From NCBI GenBank assembly GCA_963745835.1, contig CAVUZH010000013.1:192001-256000 (forward strand): DNA of 64,000 nucleotides, given 5' to 3'. Origin of the DNA: an uncultured delta proteobacterium (GTDB lineage: Bacteria > Desulfobacterota > Binatia > UBA9968). The notes beneath the pieces are model-generated. The model ran no database searches and was not told the origin of the DNA. It worked only from the letters and a program-made list of their open reading frames with translations. The position numbers and the translations under genes were made by a program. Positions 61,588 to 64,000 of this stretch are shown here, piece after piece. Numbering within the stretch: position 1 is the stretch's first letter; the number at the start of each line of letters is the position of its first letter.

Positions 61588-61714
61588 GCAGGCTGCTCAA
61601 AAAGATCCAGAGGCGACGAGTGCGACAAATCGACGAGCGGAGACGTACTTACCAGTACGTTGGAGCGAGGCGATAGAGCGCAAGGAAGCCTATGGGTCTT
61701 TTTCAGCGGCCTGC
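61588..61714 (+). repeat. ~127-bp MITE-like structured repeat, copy 3 (overlaps the MOSC gene 3' end)
   Basis: GCAGGCTGCTCAAAAAGATCCA ... TGGGTCTTTTTCAGCGGCCTGC; CGTACT-TACC-AGTACG. Confidence 0.85.
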
Positions 61715-62241
61715 AGCGCGATTCGATCTCCGGTGTGAATGACACCATCGCTGAGAATCGCCGCCTTCAGACCGCTGCGGTTTTCCAGCGCGCGAAAAAT
61801 GCCGGAGATATGTGAAACCTTCTCCAAATGGGCACAGGGCTCGAACAGGCGAATGCCGCGCATGACCACGTTGCCGACCATGAAGTCTCGATCGAGCAGT
61901 TCGATCAACGGCACACCGCGGGTGATAATGTTGCGCCTAGTCTTATCGCCAGCAATCGTTACGTGATGTTCCGACGCCGCCATCTCGAGAACTTCCTGTT
62001 CGATCAGACTGACAGCTTTGTCGGGCCGCTTTGCTGCTGCCCAAGAGTCGCGAAAGAAACGATCGCCTTCCAAGCCGCGATCGGCGAAGGCCCGCACCTG
62101 CGCCGCCGAAATCATCGGACCGGCGGGCTCTGGAGCGATGTACAGGTTAACCACGCTTCCCTTCCAAGCAGCGCTGGGCTTTAAGCCGCGCCATAGTTCC
62201 GGTGGCGTCTCCCACGTAAATGCCGTTTCTCTTCGCGACAT
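61690..62241 (-). CDS. MOSC domain protein
   Basis: GLEGDR, TRRNIITRG, EPC..L, SGLKAAILSDGVI..GD. Confidence 0.9.
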   Translation of the reverse strand: MSRRETAFTWETPPELWRGLKPSAAWKGSVVNLYIAPEPAGPMISAAQVRAFADRGLEGDRFFRDSWAAAKRPDKAVSLIEQEVLEMAASEHHVTIAGDKTRRNIITRGVPLIELLDRDFMVGNVVMRGIRLFEPCAHLEKVSHISGIFRALENRSGLKAAILSDGVIHTGDRIALQAAEKDP

Positions 62242-62285
62242 AAAGTACCCCTAAATAGTTATCAATTGCTGATTTACTCCGTTTT

Positions 62286-62410
62286 GCAGGCTGGCCAAAA
62301 AGGCTCAAAGGCAAGGCGCGCGAAGTGCGATGAGCTGAAGCGTACGCTCCAGTACGTTGAAGCGAGTCTGGCAATCGCAACGAAGCATATGAGCCTTTTC
62401 AACAACGTGC
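62286..62410 (+). repeat. ~127-bp MITE-like structured repeat, copy 4 (degenerate ends)
   Basis: GCAGGCTGGCCAAAAAGGCTCA ... TGAGCCTTTTCAACAACGTGC; CGTAC-GCTCCA-GTACG. Confidence 0.8.
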
Positions 62411-62417
62411 CAAAACG

Positions 62418-62451
62418 ACAATGGCCACTGATTGGTATCAGTGGCCATTGT
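62418..62451 (-). terminator. Perfect 15-bp hairpin, probable terminator of the cupin transcript
   Basis: ACAATGGCCACTGAT-TGGT-ATCAGTGGCCATTGT, followed by CGTTTT on the minus strand. Confidence 0.65.
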
Positions 62452-62491
62452 TATCTTACATTTCAGCTCGCGTAAACGCGTGCGTTTGCGT

Positions 62492-62983
62492 CTATCCCGC
62501 GAAATCAGCAAAAAAGCGCGTATCCTCGATAGGCTCTATGGTTTTGTTCTCGGCGGAGTATGCCGGTAGCGGCTTGCCATCGGGGCGCACCCGCATTTCC
62601 TCGCCGCCTTGCGGTTTGCCTTTGATACCGGCACCAACACGGATTACTACGAGATTGTCCGGGCCAGTGTTGTGGTAGCGGTAATAGGCGCCCTTGGGAA
62701 TCATGACGCCTTGATACTTGCCGACTTTGAGCTCGTTGCCCTTTTCATCGAAGACACTCATCTGCCCCTCGAGAACGATGAAAGAATGGTCCTCGTCGAG
62801 ATGGGTGTGGATCTCATTTTCACCGCCTTCGTAATTGATCTTGGTGTGAATCCACATATTCTCGGTCTCCGCCACCAGCTGGGTGATGCGTCCCTGCTTC
62901 ATGTACGGAGTTCTGAGGGAAAACAGTTTGGTTTGCGGCTTTTCCTCTTTATCGTATCGTGCCGCCGTGGCGCTTGCTTGCAT
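62492..62983 (-). CDS. Cupin domain protein
   Basis: HTHLDEDH.F.VLEG motif 1; IPKG..Y.YHN.G motif 2. Confidence 0.85.
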   Translation of the reverse strand: MQASATAARYDKEEKPQTKLFSLRTPYMKQGRITQLVAETENMWIHTKINYEGGENEIHTHLDEDHSFIVLEGQMSVFDEKGNELKVGKYQGVMIPKGAYYRYHNTGPDNLVVIRVGAGIKGKPQGGEEMRVRPDGKPLPAYSAENKTIEPIEDTRFFADFAG

Positions 62984-63012
62984 AGTGATTCTCCTTTTCG
63001 TTGATATTCGAA

Positions 63013-64000
63013 TTAATTATTGATGCCGTCGATTTTGAGATTATACAATTTGATCACGTTGTCGCGGACAACTTTGCGTAAAATGTCCTTCGGCAGATGT
63101 CCCAACTCCCTGGCGATGACGTCGCGCGAATGCGGCCATGTCGAAGCAGCATGCGGATAATCATTGGACCACATGAAGGTATCCTGGCCGAAATCTTCCA
63201 TCAAACGGCCGCCCGCCGGATCGCTAAAGAACGTCGCATAAACCTGTTCGGCAACATACTCGCCGGGCAACTTTTTCATGTAAGGCAACGGCATCTTTGG
63301 GCTGTGGCGCACGAAATACTTGTCCCATTCATGAACGAAGAACGGGATCCAGCCGACTTCATTCTCGACGTAAACAATTTTCAGCTTGGGAAAGCGTGCT
63401 AAAACTCCGCTGAAAACGATGTCGAACAAAGTATTCGCAGCGTCATATAGCTTGGTATTGACGGTGGCTTTGTAAATATCCAAGCCCTTGCGATCAAAGC
63501 GGCTGTAATTGAACCCGGTGAGAATGTGAACGTTGGGCGGCATCTCCAGGGCCTCGGATGCTTCCCAAAAAGCATCGTAATAGTCGCTGGTGAAAGGCAG
63601 ATGCTCGGGTGGCACCTGCCAGATCAAGCTGCCGACCAGCCCGGCCTTCTTGCAACGCTCCAATTCCTTGATCGCGTTTGGAATATTGTAGAGCGAGATC
63701 ATCGGAATGCCGACCAGGCGGCCTGGCGCCGCGGCGCAGTAATCGATCAGCCAGTCATTGGCGATCTTAAAGCAGGCTTCTTGCAGTTCCGCGTCTTCCA
63801 ACGCGAACAGCCGAAGCCCGTGAGTCGGGTAGAGAACTTCGGCGCTGACGCCGTCGACGGCCATCTCGTCGAGCCGTACTTTGGGATTCCATCCGCCGGG
63901 TTTCTCGCCCGCAGTGTTGCGAGGAGGAAATTTGGGGAATTTGGCTTTTAGGGAAGGGGGTAGATTTTTTTCCCAGAGATCTTCAGGCTCCATGATGTGT
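63013..64000 (-). CDS. Amidohydrolase_2 family protein, paralog of 54534-55694; 5'-truncated by the window edge
   Basis: Frame is open to the edge (HIMEPEDLW); AEVLYPT, ENEVGW, MWSNDYPH. Confidence 0.88.
   Translation of the reverse strand, partial: HIMEPEDLWEKNLPPSLKAKFPKFPPRNTAGEKPGGWNPKVRLDEMAVDGVSAEVLYPTHGLRLFALEDAELQEACFKIANDWLIDYCAAAPGRLVGIPMISLYNIPNAIKELERCKKAGLVGSLIWQVPPEHLPFTSDYYDAFWEASEALEMPPNVHILTGFNYSRFDRKGLDIYKATVNTKLYDAANTLFDIVFSGVLARFPKLKIVYVENEVGWIPFFVHEWDKYFVRHSPKMPLPYMKKLPGEYVAEQVYATFFSDPAGGRLMEDFGQDTFMWSNDYPHAASTWPHSRDVIARELGHLPKDILRKVVRDNVIKLYNLKIDGINN

Noticed and set aside
1-64000. CRISPR array, rRNA, autonomous IS
   Set aside because: No regularly spaced direct repeats, rRNA-like sequence or transposase motifs were seen by eye.

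Overview
Bacterial chromosomal window with moderately high GC. The gene content (many stand-alone NMT1/THI5-type substrate-binding proteins, amidohydrolase_2 paralogs, an F420-type LLM enzyme, many small orphan ORFs) is most reminiscent of Candidatus Binatia / deltaproteobacteria-like soil bacteria; this is inference only. Contents in order: (1) a 5'-truncated papain-like C1 peptidase fused to an alpha/beta-hydrolase domain; (2) a NitT/TauT ABC transporter divergent from a DUF169 gene; (3) a patch of small orphan ORFs ending at tRNA-Sec (11502-11596) and pgm; (4) a 52-aa metallothionein missed by the ORF track (13500-13658, minus strand) with a sigma54-like promoter and terminator; (5) two tandem family-5 SBPs and tex; (6) a decaying stretch with frameshifted YoaK and NhaP genes; (7) an alkylation-repair operon headed by an ECF sigma factor and an MGMT carrying a C-terminal Ada zinc domain but no AraC domain; (8) assorted housekeeping genes and a second NitT/TauT ABC system; (9) a long minus-strand catabolic cluster of amidohydrolases, a ThDP enzyme, a heme-oxygenase-like diiron protein and orphan SBPs. 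Four copies of a ~127-bp structured element with terminal inverted repeats are present. No CRISPR array, rRNA, integrase or transposase was seen. All product calls come from motifs recognised by eye; no database search was run.
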